From Pyrobaculum sp. (GTDB taxonomy: Archaea; Thermoproteota; Thermoprotei; Thermoproteales; Thermoproteaceae), in contig JBKBOT010000004.1 of the NCBI GenBank assembly GCA_046293555.1, forward strand, positions 19,372 to 83,371: 64,000 nucleotides of DNA, given 5' to 3'. The notes beneath the pieces were generated by a model, which saw only the letters and a program-made list of their open reading frames with translations, was not told the DNA's origin and searched no databases. The position numbers and the translations under genes were made by a program. Below are positions 36,284-46,800 of this stretch, one piece after another (the stretch's first letter is position 1; each line of letters starts with the position of its first letter).

Positions 36284-38458
36284 ATGAAAAACGGCTGGAC
36301 CTACTTAGTGCTGGCAGCCACGGTGTTTGTCTATGTGGTATATATCGCCATGGCCGTCTGGACGTTTTTCAACATGCCGCCAATTCCAGAGAGGGTGGAG
36401 ACCGCCGGCGGCAAGCTGCTTTTCACCGGGCGGGATGTCGTAGAGGGTAAAATACTGGCGCAGAAATATGGCCTTCTTGACTACGGCTCTTTTCTCGGCT
36501 TCGGCGGCTATTTCGGCATTGACTACACTGCATACACCATGAAGATCTACGTAGAGAAGGTGGCCAAAATGCGGGGAGTGGAGTTCACGCCAGAGGCGGC
36601 TACTCAAGTCAGGCGGCTGCTTACGCCGAGGTTTGAGGTCAAGGCTGCCTTTTTTGGGTCTCAGAGCGGGAGGGTTGTAGTAAGCGAAGAGTTCGGCACG
36701 GCGTTTGAAGAAGTGGTGAAGTTCTACAAGGAGTACTTTGGGCCCAAGGCCGAGTCTGTTGGCCTAAAGCCCAACCTAATTACCGACGAGAGTCATGTCA
36801 GAAAAATTGCGGCGTTTTTCACATGGGGGGTGTTGATCTCCATGGCTAATTACACCAACGGCTTTCCCTACATGCCGGGGATACTGGAGCCTACAGTACA
36901 CGTCACGGTCTCCACCTGGGTCACCTTCTTCGTACTTCTACTCGTCATAATGCCCGTCGCCGGCTATATAATCATCAAGTTTCTTGACTACTGGAAGGAG
37001 CCGAGGATTTCGCTACAGCTCCCACCGCCCACGTCAACACAGAGGCTGGCGTTACTGGGCTTCGTGCTGGCGGTCCTGGGGCTGTCAATACAGGGGCTGC
37101 TGGGGGGCTACCTAATGCATAAATACACAGAGCCTTCTGACCTCTATGGAGTGTCTGGCGTAAACTCCATACTGCCCTTCAACGTGGCTAGAGCCCTTCA
37201 CTACAACCTAGCCATCTTGTGGATCGCCGTGTCTTGGGTCTCTTTCGCCCTCTTTGTGTTGCCATATCTAGGCGTCCAGCTAAACAGGGCGAAGGTGTTA
37301 GCCATATTAGGCGCCGGCGCCTTTACGGCTTTTGGCATCCTTCTCGGCATCTGGGCTTCATACCTCCAGCTCATCCCAGAGCCGTGGTGGTTTATAGTGG
37401 GGTCCCAGGGGAGGCCTGTGGTTAATCAAGGCACCTTGTGGCTTCTGCTGGTGGCAGCCCTCTTGGGCTACCTCTCCCTCGCCGTGTGGAGGGCGTCGAG
37501 GACATCCCCAGAGCCCATACAGCCGCTAGTCAAGATTCTGGCCATAGCTCTCGCCGGCACTGCCTTCGGGGCTGTGATGGGGGCATTGCCTGTAGTGTCG
37601 CCGTGGGGCCACTTCACGATAGATGAGTACTTCCGGTGGGTTTTAATACACGCCTTTGTGGAGGGCTTCTGGCCGGCCATCGTGATACCCATATTACTCA
37701 TACTGTTGGTAATTGCCGGCATGGTGCCGCCCAAGATGGCGGTAGCTGCTGCAGGTATTGACGCCACGTTGGAAATAGCTACAGGCATGATTGGCACGGC
37801 CCACCACTACTATTGGGGGGGACAGCCCACCCTCTGGATGTATGTCGGCGCGGTGACGTCCACATTAGAGGTAATCCCCATAGGTTTCCTCATAGCCTAC
37901 GCCCTGGTGTTATGGCGCCGCGGCGAGTATAAGACAGAGCTCCAGAAGACTTTGCTGACCTTCGTCCTCGTGGCGGCCTTCGGCGGCGCAGTCGGCGTAG
38001 TGGCCTTTGGCGCAGGTATGATAAACATGCCTGTAGTTAACTACTATCTACACGGCTCGCAGGGAACTATGACACACGCCCATCTTGCGATGCCGCTTGC
38101 CTACGGCGTCCCCACAATGTTGATGTGGGTAGTAGCCTTCACTCTGGCCGGGGCATTTGGCGATGTCCAGTTAAGGCGTCTTCGCTTAGCTGTAGTAATA
38201 ATGGCCGTCGGGTTCTACTTACAAGTGCTGCTTTCGCTAGGCCTCTTAATGACAGCCCAATTTGTGGTCACGACAACAGAGGGGTACTGGGCTTCTAAGG
38301 CCTTGTTTGCCCCAGACGGGACGCCGGCGTTTTGGCAGAGGCCAGACGTAAAGACTTTTGTCTGGCTTAGAATGATAGGCGACGTAATTGCCGCGGCGGG
38401 TATAGCCGTCTTTTTGGTATATATGTTGAGGGGACTTCCTAAAGCATTAAGGCCATAA
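36284..38458 (+). CDS. norB: Quinol-dependent nitric oxide reductase (qNor)
   Basis: YGS..G.GGYFG.DYTA, YTNGFP, RALH, RW..IHAFVEG, GTAHHYYW, HAHLA. Confidence 0.93.
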   Translation: MKNGWTYLVLAATVFVYVVYIAMAVWTFFNMPPIPERVETAGGKLLFTGRDVVEGKILAQKYGLLDYGSFLGFGGYFGIDYTAYTMKIYVEKVAKMRGVEFTPEAATQVRRLLTPRFEVKAAFFGSQSGRVVVSEEFGTAFEEVVKFYKEYFGPKAESVGLKPNLITDESHVRKIAAFFTWGVLISMANYTNGFPYMPGILEPTVHVTVSTWVTFFVLLLVIMPVAGYIIIKFLDYWKEPRISLQLPPPTSTQRLALLGFVLAVLGLSIQGLLGGYLMHKYTEPSDLYGVSGVNSILPFNVARALHYNLAILWIAVSWVSFALFVLPYLGVQLNRAKVLAILGAGAFTAFGILLGIWASYLQLIPEPWWFIVGSQGRPVVNQGTLWLLLVAALLGYLSLAVWRASRTSPEPIQPLVKILAIALAGTAFGAVMGALPVVSPWGHFTIDEYFRWVLIHAFVEGFWPAIVIPILLILLVIAGMVPPKMAVAAAGIDATLEIATGMIGTAHHYYWGGQPTLWMYVGAVTSTLEVIPIGFLIAYALVLWRRGEYKTELQKTLLTFVLVAAFGGAVGVVAFGAGMINMPVVNYYLHGSQGTMTHAHLAMPLAYGVPTMLMWVVAFTLAGAFGDVQLRRLRLAVVIMAVGFYLQVLLSLGLLMTAQFVVTTTEGYWASKALFAPDGTPAFWQRPDVKTFVWLRMIGDVIAAAGIAVFLVYMLRGLPKALRP

Positions 38459-38459
38459 A

Positions 38460-38500
38460 ATCGGGAAAACTTCCCCTTTTTCCGCCTTTCTTTTCCCGAT
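38460..38500. promoter_or_regulatory. 10-bp inverted repeat with pyrimidine-rich loop between norB and narG (terminator and/or operator)
   Basis: ATCGGGAAAA (38460-38469) ... TTTTCCCGAT (38491-38500). Confidence 0.5.
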
Positions 38501-38534
38501 GTGACAATTTTAATGGCCGTTAGTATTGTTCTCT

Positions 38535-41500
38535 ATGTTGACCACACGCAGGCGGCTTCTATCCGCCACTGCCGCTGTGGGCACAGCTGCCGGCGTGTTG
38601 GCGTTGGCGCAAAACCTCCAGTATTTAAAGCCGCTTACGCAGTTTGTAGAGACTAGGCTACAGTATCCAGATCGCAGCTGGGAGTCGTTTTATAGAGGCA
38701 GGTGGCAGTTTGACCGGGTAGTCCGCTCTACCCACGGCGTGAACTGTACCGGCTCTTGTTCGTGGAATGTATATACCAAGGAGGGTCTCGTGGTGTGGGA
38801 GCTACAGGCCACGGACTATCCCGACATCTCGCCAGAGATCCCCAATTACGAGCCCAGGGGCTGCCCCAGGGGGGCTAGCTTCTCCTGGTATATATACTCC
38901 CCACTGAGGGTGAAATATCCCTACGTCCGCAAGGTGCTTATCGACATGTATAGACGATATAAGGCCGAGGCCGGAGACCCGGTGGAGGCCTGGCGGCGTA
39001 TTGTAGAGAACCCCGCAAACCGCTCGGCGTATCAAAAGGCCAGGGGCAAGGCGGGGTGGGCTAGAGTCAGCTGGGACGAAGTCACAGAGTTAATCGCAGC
39101 GGCGTTAATATATACTATTAAGAAATACGGCCCCGACAGGATTTACGGATTTACACCAATCCCCGCCATGTCGCCTGTGAGTTACGCCAGTGGGGCTAGG
39201 TTTATCGAACTAATCGGCGGCGCCATGGGCTCTTTCTATGACTGGTACTGCGACCTCCCGCCCGCCAGCCCGCAGATGTGGGGGGAGCAGACTGACGTGC
39301 CTGAATCTGCCGACTGGTACCATGCGCAGTATATGATCGTGTGGGGGACAAACCTCCCCATGACTAGAACTCCCGACGCCCATATGTACGTCGAGGCGCG
39401 GTACCGCGGGGCAAAAGTGGTGGTGGTTAGCCCAGACTATAGCGAACATGTCAAATTTGCCGACGTCTGGGTGCCGGCGGCCGCCGGCACAGACGCAGCT
39501 TTAGGCGTCGCGCTGGCGCACGTGGCCCTAAAGGAGTTTTACGTAGAGAGGCAGTTTAAGTGCCTGAGGGAATACGCCAGGCGGTATACAGACCTGCCGT
39601 TTTTAGTAATACTAGAGCCGTTGGGAGACGGCACGTATGTCGCCGGCAGGTTCCTCCGCGCTAGCGACGTGGCTGAGCTTAAAGAGGCCGTTGGGAAAAA
39701 CCCAGAGTGGAAAACCGTAGTGGTTCAGAAAGACGGCACTCTGGCTGCGCCCTACGGCTCTATTGGCTTTAGGTGGGACGGCAGCGGCAAGTGGAGCCTC
39801 CAGCTAAAAGGCTATACGGCGAAAGGGGAGGGAGACATAGACCCAGTTCTCTCCGTAATGGAGTTAGGGAGGTATGAAAAAGTGCCTGTGAAGTTCCACG
39901 CGGTGGATTTCGACCAGAAGGTGTTTGTGAGAGAGGTGCCGGCAGTTAAAATTGGCGACAAATATGTCGCTACAGTGTTTGACCTCCTGGCGGCACACCT
40001 GGGGGTAAAGAGGGGGGATCTGGGCGGAGACTATCCCGCCGGCTACGACGACCCCAAGCCCTTCACGCCGGCGTGGCAGGAGGCCATAACTGGCGTCTCT
40101 AGAGATCTGGCGGTGCAGATGGCTAGAGACTTTATGAATACCGCAGTCTACTCCAGGCCAGTATACGGAAAGCCCAGCGACCCGCCTTATTTTGGCGATG
40201 ACAACACGCCGTGTGGCGGGAGGGCAATGATATTTGTAGGGCCTGGGATAAACCACTGGTACCACAACGACTTGATCTACCGCTCAGTATTGTTGTTAGT
40301 ATTGCTAGGGGGCACACAGGGGAAGAACGGCGGCGGCTGGGCTCACTACGTGGGGCAGGAGAAGATAAGGACGTTGATAGGCTGGGCCACCCTAGCCTTC
40401 GCTCTAGACTGGCGGAGGCCGCCTAGGCAACAGAACTCGCCTAGCTATTGGTATGTCCACACAGACCAGTGGCGTTATGACTCCATCACGACTGAGAGCA
40501 TCTACCCCACGCCATGGGCTAAAAAATGGAAGAACCTACATGAAATGGATGCAAACGTAATCGCCGCGAGGCTTGGGTGGCTTCCCTTCTACCCAAGCCT
40601 AAATGTGAACCCCCTGGAGCTAGGCCGCCGTCTAGTTGTAGAAGAGAAAGTGCCGGTGTCCGACGTCCCCAAGAGAGTGGCGGAGATGTTAAAGAGGGGT
40701 GAGATCAAGCTGGCGATTGAGGACCCAGACGCCCCCGAGAACTGGCCTAGGGTGTTATTTGTGTGGAGGGCAAACCTGTTGGGCTCTTCCTCCAAGGGCC
40801 ATGAGTACTTCCTTAAACACTTACTGGGAACAGATAGCAACGCCAGGGCGGAGGAGGTGGGGACAAAGCTTGTGAGAGAGGTAACTATAAGAGACGCGCC
40901 TGTGGGCAAGCTGGACCTGTTGGTTGTATTAGACTTCCGTATGGCCACCTCTGCGGTTTATGCCGACGTGGTGTTGCCAGCAGCCACCTGGTATGAGAAA
41001 TATGACATCTCTATGACTGACCTACATACCTTTATCCATCCCTTCACTCCAGCTGTAGACCCGCCGTGGGAGGCTAAAAGCGATTGGGAGATCTTTAAGG
41101 CTATTGCCAAGAAGTTCTCAGAGCTGGCGCCCAAGTATTTACCACAGGTGGCACACGACGTCGTGTTGACGCCGTTGATGCACGACAGCCCCGGAGAGAT
41201 TGCCCAACCCTTCGGCGAGGTGAAAGACTGGAAAAAAGGCGAGGTTGACCCAATACCGGGTAAAACCATGCCGGCAGTCTCAGTTGTGGAAAGAAGGTAT
41301 TGGGACGTATATGACATGTACACCTCTCTTGGGCCTCTAGTGGTCACCGCAGGGCTTACGGCAAAGGGCATACCGCTTTTCAAGCCTGAGGAGCAATACA
41401 GGTGGCTTAGAGAGAGAAACGGCGTGTGTAAACCCGCCTCTGAATACGTAAGAGGCGAATGTGGGAAAGTTGGGGGGTGTCCAAGCCTTGTGTTTGATAA

Positions 41501-42389
41501 ATACGCCGCGGAGACTATATTAGCCCTCTCCCCAGAGTCTAACGGCGGGGTGAGCTACATGGCTTGGAAAAACCTAGAGAAGGTGGTTGGATTGCCTCTA
41601 GCCGACCTGCCGTCTAAGGAGTTACAGATGACTTTTGACGACATAGTGGCGCAGCCCCGTAGGGTGACCACATCCCCCGTGTGGAACGGCGTTGAGGCTC
41701 CGGGTAGGACCTACTCGCCGTTTACGGTAAATACCGAGAGGCTTGTGCCCTGGCGTACTTTAACCGGCAGACAACATTTCTATATAGACCACGAGTGGTT
41801 TAGAGAACTGGGGGAGTCCTTCCCACTATACAAACGTCCTCTAGACCGTGAGGAGATCAAAGCGGTGGCGGAGGTCGGCATTAAGGACTTCTGGTACGAC
41901 CCGGCTAAGTATAGAGTTGAGAAAGGCGGCACGCGGCAGTTAGTGTTGAGATTCTTGACGCCACATGGTAAGTGGGTTATACACAGCACCTATTGGGATA
42001 ACCTCATCATGCTTACTTTATTCCGCGGGGGGCAAGTGGTTTGGATTAACGACGAGGACGCCAAATGGGCCGGCGTTAAGGACAACGACTGGGTTGAGGT
42101 GATAAACTCCCACGGCGTGGTTGTGGCGAGAGCTGCCGTAAGTCCTAGAATACCTAGAGGCACGATATTTATGTATCACGCACAGGAGCGCCATGTTTAC
42201 GTCCCGCTGTCCCCCACCACCGGCAGGAGGGCGGGGATGCACAACAGCCCTACTCTCACTCATTTAAAGCCTACCGAAATGGTTGGGGGGTATGCCCAGT
42301 TGAGCTGGTTCTTTAACTACTATGGCCCTACTGGCGTAAATAGAGACACGCTTGTGATAGTAAGACCTCTCCGTGAGGTGAGGCTATGA
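38535..42389 (+). CDS. narG: Respiratory nitrate reductase alpha subunit, Tat-exported
   Basis: TRRRLL; STHGVNCTGSCSW, PRGCPRGASFSW, SFYDWYCDLPP, GGWAHYVGQEK, TPHGKW. Confidence 0.96.
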   Translation: MLTTRRRLLSATAAVGTAAGVLALAQNLQYLKPLTQFVETRLQYPDRSWESFYRGRWQFDRVVRSTHGVNCTGSCSWNVYTKEGLVVWELQATDYPDISPEIPNYEPRGCPRGASFSWYIYSPLRVKYPYVRKVLIDMYRRYKAEAGDPVEAWRRIVENPANRSAYQKARGKAGWARVSWDEVTELIAAALIYTIKKYGPDRIYGFTPIPAMSPVSYASGARFIELIGGAMGSFYDWYCDLPPASPQMWGEQTDVPESADWYHAQYMIVWGTNLPMTRTPDAHMYVEARYRGAKVVVVSPDYSEHVKFADVWVPAAAGTDAALGVALAHVALKEFYVERQFKCLREYARRYTDLPFLVILEPLGDGTYVAGRFLRASDVAELKEAVGKNPEWKTVVVQKDGTLAAPYGSIGFRWDGSGKWSLQLKGYTAKGEGDIDPVLSVMELGRYEKVPVKFHAVDFDQKVFVREVPAVKIGDKYVATVFDLLAAHLGVKRGDLGGDYPAGYDDPKPFTPAWQEAITGVSRDLAVQMARDFMNTAVYSRPVYGKPSDPPYFGDDNTPCGGRAMIFVGPGINHWYHNDLIYRSVLLLVLLGGTQGKNGGGWAHYVGQEKIRTLIGWATLAFALDWRRPPRQQNSPSYWYVHTDQWRYDSITTESIYPTPWAKKWKNLHEMDANVIAARLGWLPFYPSLNVNPLELGRRLVVEEKVPVSDVPKRVAEMLKRGEIKLAIEDPDAPENWPRVLFVWRANLLGSSSKGHEYFLKHLLGTDSNARAEEVGTKLVREVTIRDAPVGKLDLLVVLDFRMATSAVYADVVLPAATWYEKYDISMTDLHTFIHPFTPAVDPPWEAKSDWEIFKAIAKKFSELAPKYLPQVAHDVVLTPLMHDSPGEIAQPFGEVKDWKKGEVDPIPGKTMPAVSVVERRYWDVYDMYTSLGPLVVTAGLTAKGIPLFKPEEQYRWLRERNGVCKPASEYVRGECGKVGGCPSLVFDKYAAETILALSPESNGGVSYMAWKNLEKVVGLPLADLPSKELQMTFDDIVAQPRRVTTSPVWNGVEAPGRTYSPFTVNTERLVPWRTLTGRQHFYIDHEWFRELGESFPLYKRPLDREEIKAVAEVGIKDFWYDPAKYRVEKGGTRQLVLRFLTPHGKWVIHSTYWDNLIMLTLFRGGQVVWINDEDAKWAGVKDNDWVEVINSHGVVVARAAVSPRIPRGTIFMYHAQERHVYVPLSPTTGRRAGMHNSPTLTHLKPTEMVGGYAQLSWFFNYYGPTGVNRDTLVIVRPLREVRL

Positions 42390-43789
42390 GGGTCAGGGCA
42401 CATATCTCAATGGCGATGAATCTAGATAAGTGTATTGGCTGCCACACATGTTCCATCACGTGTAAAAACGTGTGGACCAACAGAGAGGGGGCGGAGTACA
42501 TGTGGTGGAATAATGTAGAGACAAGGCCGGGCCCCGGCTACCCGAGGCAGTGGGATAACCAAGATAGATACGACGGCGGCTGGGTGTTAGACGGCGGAAA
42601 GCTGAAGTTAAGAATTGAGGTGAAGAAAGCCTACAGGCCGCCTAGCCTCGATGTTTATTACCACCCGTGGACATATGACTACGAGACGTTATTTTCAGAA
42701 CGGCAGTTTGACCAACAGCCCGTAGCTAGGCCTATCTCGTTAATTACCGGCGAGCCGGTTGACGTAAAGTACGGCCCCAACTGGAATGACGACTTGGCCG
42801 GCACGGATTTTATCCTGGAGGACATGTCGCTTGTAGAGAGGGAGGTCTACACACAGTTTGAAAAAGTCTTCATGATGTATCTACCGCGTATTTGTAACCA
42901 CTGTCTCAACCCCGCCTGTCTTGCCGCGTGTTCCAGAAAGGCTATCTACAAGCGGGAGGGGGACGGGATTGTGTTAATTGACCAAAACCGCTGTAGGGGG
43001 TACCGCCATTGCGTCTCTGCGTGTCCCTACAAGAAGGCGTATTACAACTGGAAGACAGGCACGTCTGAGAAATGTATTTTCTGCTATCCGAGAGTTGAGG
43101 CGGGGGAGACTACTGTCTGTTCGCTAACTTGCGTTGGGAGGATTCGTTACGTCGGCGTGTTGTTATATGACGTGGACAAAGTTCTCGAGGTCGCATCTGA
43201 GCCAGACCCCAAGAGGTTGGCACGACGCCTTATAGACGAGGTTATTTTAGACCCCACAGACCCCGCCGTGAGAGCCGAGGCGGAGAAGGCAGGTATACCT
43301 AGCGACTGGATCTCAGCCGCGGTGAGGTCGCCGGTGTATAAAATGGTGAAAAAGTGGCGGATAGCCCTGCCGTTACATCCAGAATACAGGACGTTGCCGA
43401 TGGTGTTTTACGTGCCGCCTCTCAGCCCTGTGGTTACCACCTTTGAGAAATACTACGGCGCCAAGATTACAGACATGTTGCCTAAAGTGGCTGACCTCAG
43501 GATACCGCTGCAGTATCTAGCCAATATGTTTACTGCAGGCGACATAACGCTTGTAGAACAGGCGTTGAAGAGGCTAATCGCCGTGAGGATTTACGAGAGG
43601 TCTAGAAACGTGGTGGGGGTAGACGCCAAGGCGGCTCTAGCTGAGGCGGGCCTCACCGAGGAGGAGGCTGAAGAGATGTATAGACTGTTGGCTATAGCTA
43701 GGCTAGAGGACAGGTTTGTGGTGCCCACCACGCCTGAAGGTTATCGCAAACAGCCATACGTAATGAGGGGAGTGGCGGGGTACCCATGA
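42386..43789 (+). CDS. narH: Nitrate reductase beta subunit
   Basis: NLDKCIGCHTCS..C, PRICNHCLNPAC, CPYKK, EKCIFC. Confidence 0.96.
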   Translation: MRVRAHISMAMNLDKCIGCHTCSITCKNVWTNREGAEYMWWNNVETRPGPGYPRQWDNQDRYDGGWVLDGGKLKLRIEVKKAYRPPSLDVYYHPWTYDYETLFSERQFDQQPVARPISLITGEPVDVKYGPNWNDDLAGTDFILEDMSLVEREVYTQFEKVFMMYLPRICNHCLNPACLAACSRKAIYKREGDGIVLIDQNRCRGYRHCVSACPYKKAYYNWKTGTSEKCIFCYPRVEAGETTVCSLTCVGRIRYVGVLLYDVDKVLEVASEPDPKRLARRLIDEVILDPTDPAVRAEAEKAGIPSDWISAAVRSPVYKMVKKWRIALPLHPEYRTLPMVFYVPPLSPVVTTFEKYYGAKITDMLPKVADLRIPLQYLANMFTAGDITLVEQALKRLIAVRIYERSRNVVGVDAKAALAEAGLTEEEAEEMYRLLAIARLEDRFVVPTTPEGYRKQPYVMRGVAGYP

Positions 43790-44721
43790 GGCGGGTAGTT
43801 ATACCCGGTTTCGCGTTGTTGATTGCAGCAATCCTGGCGTCTTTTGGGCTAGTGGTGGTGACCGCCCAGGTCCCGGCGGCGTTGGTGAAATATGTCGAGG
43901 GCGCCCTGCCGTTAGACCCGGCCTCGCCCCTCTGGCCCGCCCCAGTGGAGGTCTCGTTGACAAGCCAGACGTTGGTATACCCGCTGTCGCCTACAGTGGA
44001 GACCAGGTCGTTGTCTGTCTCTGCGGTACATAACGGCACCCATGTGGCCATACGGCTGACGTGGAGTGACGCCACGCAAGATGTAATTAAGGCCGGAGGT
44101 CTTGACGTCTTTCCAGACGCCGTGGCGGTACAGTTCCCAGTGTCGCGGGCACAGCTGCCGTATATATGTATGGGCACTGTGGACAATCCCGTCAATATAA
44201 TATACTGGAGGGCTGGCGCCGGCGTGGAGAACTTAGTGGCGGGGGCGGGCTATGGGCTATCGCCACAACAAAGAGAGGCGTTAGGCCTACAGGCAACCCC
44301 AACGGCGACTTTAGAGCTATTACCACCACAGGCGCAGGTAGTTACTGCTTACAGCAAATACGAGGGAGGGAAGTGGGCTGTAGTGATCGTAAGACCTCTG
44401 GGCTCTGTACATCCACTAATGTCGTCACTAGCCGGCGGCTTTAACGCCGCCTTTGCCGTATGGGATGGCAGTAAGGGCGAGAGAGGCGGGTTGAAGGCCA
44501 CCAGCGGGTGGGTACAATTCCAGCTAGAGAGGCCAGCAGCCCCAACGCCGACAACTGTTACAGTAACAACGACAGTAACAACGCCGGTGACAGTAACCAC
44601 CACTGAGGCTGTCACCACCACTAGGCTTGTGGAGACAACGCCGACGTGGGCTTGGGTGGTAATTGGGGTGCTTATTGCATTAATAGCGCTACTGGCCGGT
44701 CTGACCCTCCGTAAAAAATAG
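43786..44721 (+). CDS. Heme b DOMON-type subunit (EbdC/NarM-like) with C-terminal anchor
   Basis: L.W.D.T, FPDAVAVQFP, CMG...PVNIIYW, FAVWDGS..ERGG.K; Thr stalk plus TM. Confidence 0.85.
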   Translation: MRRVVIPGFALLIAAILASFGLVVVTAQVPAALVKYVEGALPLDPASPLWPAPVEVSLTSQTLVYPLSPTVETRSLSVSAVHNGTHVAIRLTWSDATQDVIKAGGLDVFPDAVAVQFPVSRAQLPYICMGTVDNPVNIIYWRAGAGVENLVAGAGYGLSPQQREALGLQATPTATLELLPPQAQVVTAYSKYEGGKWAVVIVRPLGSVHPLMSSLAGGFNAAFAVWDGSKGERGGLKATSGWVQFQLERPAAPTPTTVTVTTTVTTPVTVTTTEAVTTTRLVETTPTWAWVVIGVLIALIALLAGLTLRKK

Positions 44722-45411
44722 ATGTTTTTTTCTATACTTTTTTTTCTCGAGTTTTTATTTAACCGTACGTTAAGCCGGCTCTGGGTTTTTGTCCCCCACA
44801 CCGCGGTTACTTACGTCATGTTTGTAGCCATCCAGTGGGTGGGGGTCTTGGCTATGTATGGCCTCTATGTGGCCTCATTTGTGATAATGGGCAGTTGGGG
44901 TCGTCGGTATTTGCCGCTAGGGGCGGCGGCTGTGACACTCACGGCGTTAGACCTCGCGGCGTATTATCTGGGGTGGGGCTTTCGGCTGCTTTTTTTACTC
45001 CCGCTGGCTTTTAGCGTTGTGTTTAGAGAAAGGGCCGCCGTGGGGTTTTCGACGTATTACCTCGTTAGGGGGGCGGCGGACATATATCTAGGGGGCGTGG
45101 GGAGGTTAGTGCCTTTTTTCGAGCTGGCGTGGGCGTTAATGCCGCTAGCGGGGGGCTGGAGGTTTAACAAAAAGGCTGCGGCCACTGCGGCTATGGCACT
45201 CCTGTTGGTGTTAGTCTCTCCACACTACATGGGGTTGGTTTTCGCCTTTAGCCTAGGCCTCACTCAGATATACCTACTGCCCCTCGCCGTATTTCTCGCG
45301 ATGTCTTCTAGAAGTAGGTACCCCATATTTCCCCTCCTCGCCGGGCCGCAGCCACAGCTGTCTGTACATTATCTCACGCTCGCTGTCGCCGCGGGGTATA
45401 TACGTAAATAG
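44722..45411 (+). CDS. Hypothetical membrane protein (end of nar operon)
   Basis: Hydrophobic ORF abutting the previous stop. Confidence 0.65.
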   Translation: MFFSILFFLEFLFNRTLSRLWVFVPHTAVTYVMFVAIQWVGVLAMYGLYVASFVIMGSWGRRYLPLGAAAVTLTALDLAAYYLGWGFRLLFLLPLAFSVVFRERAAVGFSTYYLVRGAADIYLGGVGRLVPFFELAWALMPLAGGWRFNKKAAATAAMALLLVLVSPHYMGLVFAFSLGLTQIYLLPLAVFLAMSSRSRYPIFPLLAGPQPQLSVHYLTLAVAAGYIRK

Positions 45412-45429
45412 TGGAAACATCTTTATCTC

Positions 45430-46800
45430 ATGGAGGAACTTCTCCTCAGGGCTGTGGACTATGGGCTTCAGCTCGGGGCAGAGTATGTAGAGGCCAGGTG
45501 GCAACTAGACGTGGGGGAGGCGGCGGGGTTGCGAAATGGCGAGTTTGAGTTCTCCTCCACCTATAGACATGGGGGGGTCTCCATACGTGTGCTAGCCGGC
45601 GGGGGGCTTGGCTTCTCCGCCACGCCTAGGGTGGAGGTAGTGGACGTGTTGGGAGCCGTGGAGAGAGCCTATAGGCTCGCCAAAGCCGCTGGCTCTTTTA
45701 GAAAACGGCCTGTAGCCCTCAGCGAGGAGAGGCTGGCCAACGTGAGGTATTTCCTGCCGGAAGTCTCCACAAGCCCTCTAGAGGTGTTGAAAGAGCTAGA
45801 CGGCCATGTGGACCGTGGGCTGTCTGTACGTAGGCTTGTCGGCGCCGTGTGGCTTACTGAGAAGCTTGTTGTGACTAGCGACGGGGGTTATGTATATAGC
45901 AAAATCCCCCGCGTCTATGTTTTCGCCATGTTTATTAAACACGGCGCGGGGGGGAGTCTGCAGAGAGATCTATTTGCCGGCGGGGTTTCCCTAAAGGCGT
46001 TAAGGGGGTTTGAAAAAGTGGTGGAGGAGGAGTCTAGAAAGGTCTCCCTCCTGTTGGAAAAGGCGAGAGCCATAACGCCCGGCAGATACGACGTGGTGTT
46101 TAGCCCAGAGATGGCGGGCATATTGGTACACGAGTCTGTGGGGCACCCCTTTGAGCTAGATAGGATTTTCGGCCGGGAGGGCGCAGAGGCTGGGGAGTCA
46201 TACATAAGGCCTGGGGATCTATATGTAAAAATCGGCAGTGACCATGTAAATATTGTAGACAACCCGACGCTTCCGGAGACTTACGGCTTTTATCTAGTAG
46301 ACGACGAGGGAGTTGTGGCTAGACCCAAGTGGCTAGTCAGAGAGGGACGTGCCTCCGAGTTTATCTCCAATAGGCAATACGCCGCGTTGATCAATAGCCG
46401 TAGCAACGCCGGCGCTAGGGCTTCTGCTTTCGACAGAGAGCCTATCCCCAGGATGTCAAATACGTACCTCCTCCCCGGCGGCTGGAGCCCCGAGGAGATT
46501 ATTAGAGACACGAGGAGGGGAATATACGTGGTGTCATATACCGAGTGGAATATAGATGACGTGAGATATTCCGGCAGATATGGCATTTTTGAGGGGTATC
46601 TTATCGAGAATGGGGAGTTAAAACACCCAGTGAAGGGCTTTATTGAGGTAGACACGCCGGAGCTTTGGGGCGGGGTAGACGCGGTGGGGAAAGACTTCAA
46701 GCTTTTTGTTGGCACTTGCGGCAAGGGGAACCCCGTACAAGGCGTCCCCGTCACTATGGGCGGCCCCACCTTTAGGAGTAAGTCTCTTAGGGTGATATGA
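45430..46800 (+). CDS. tldD: TldD family metalloprotease
   Basis: HESVGHPFE, DDEG, PRMSNT, CGKG. Confidence 0.92.
   Translation: MEELLLRAVDYGLQLGAEYVEARWQLDVGEAAGLRNGEFEFSSTYRHGGVSIRVLAGGGLGFSATPRVEVVDVLGAVERAYRLAKAAGSFRKRPVALSEERLANVRYFLPEVSTSPLEVLKELDGHVDRGLSVRRLVGAVWLTEKLVVTSDGGYVYSKIPRVYVFAMFIKHGAGGSLQRDLFAGGVSLKALRGFEKVVEEESRKVSLLLEKARAITPGRYDVVFSPEMAGILVHESVGHPFELDRIFGREGAEAGESYIRPGDLYVKIGSDHVNIVDNPTLPETYGFYLVDDEGVVARPKWLVREGRASEFISNRQYAALINSRSNAGARASAFDREPIPRMSNTYLLPGGWSPEEIIRDTRRGIYVVSYTEWNIDDVRYSGRYGIFEGYLIENGELKHPVKGFIEVDTPELWGGVDAVGKDFKLFVGTCGKGNPVQGVPVTMGGPTFRSKSLRVI

Noticed and set aside
44755-44778. TTAA-CCGTACG-TTAA resembling the denitrification palindrome
   Set aside because: Spacing is 7 rather than 5, the GG/CC flanks are missing, and it lies inside a CDS
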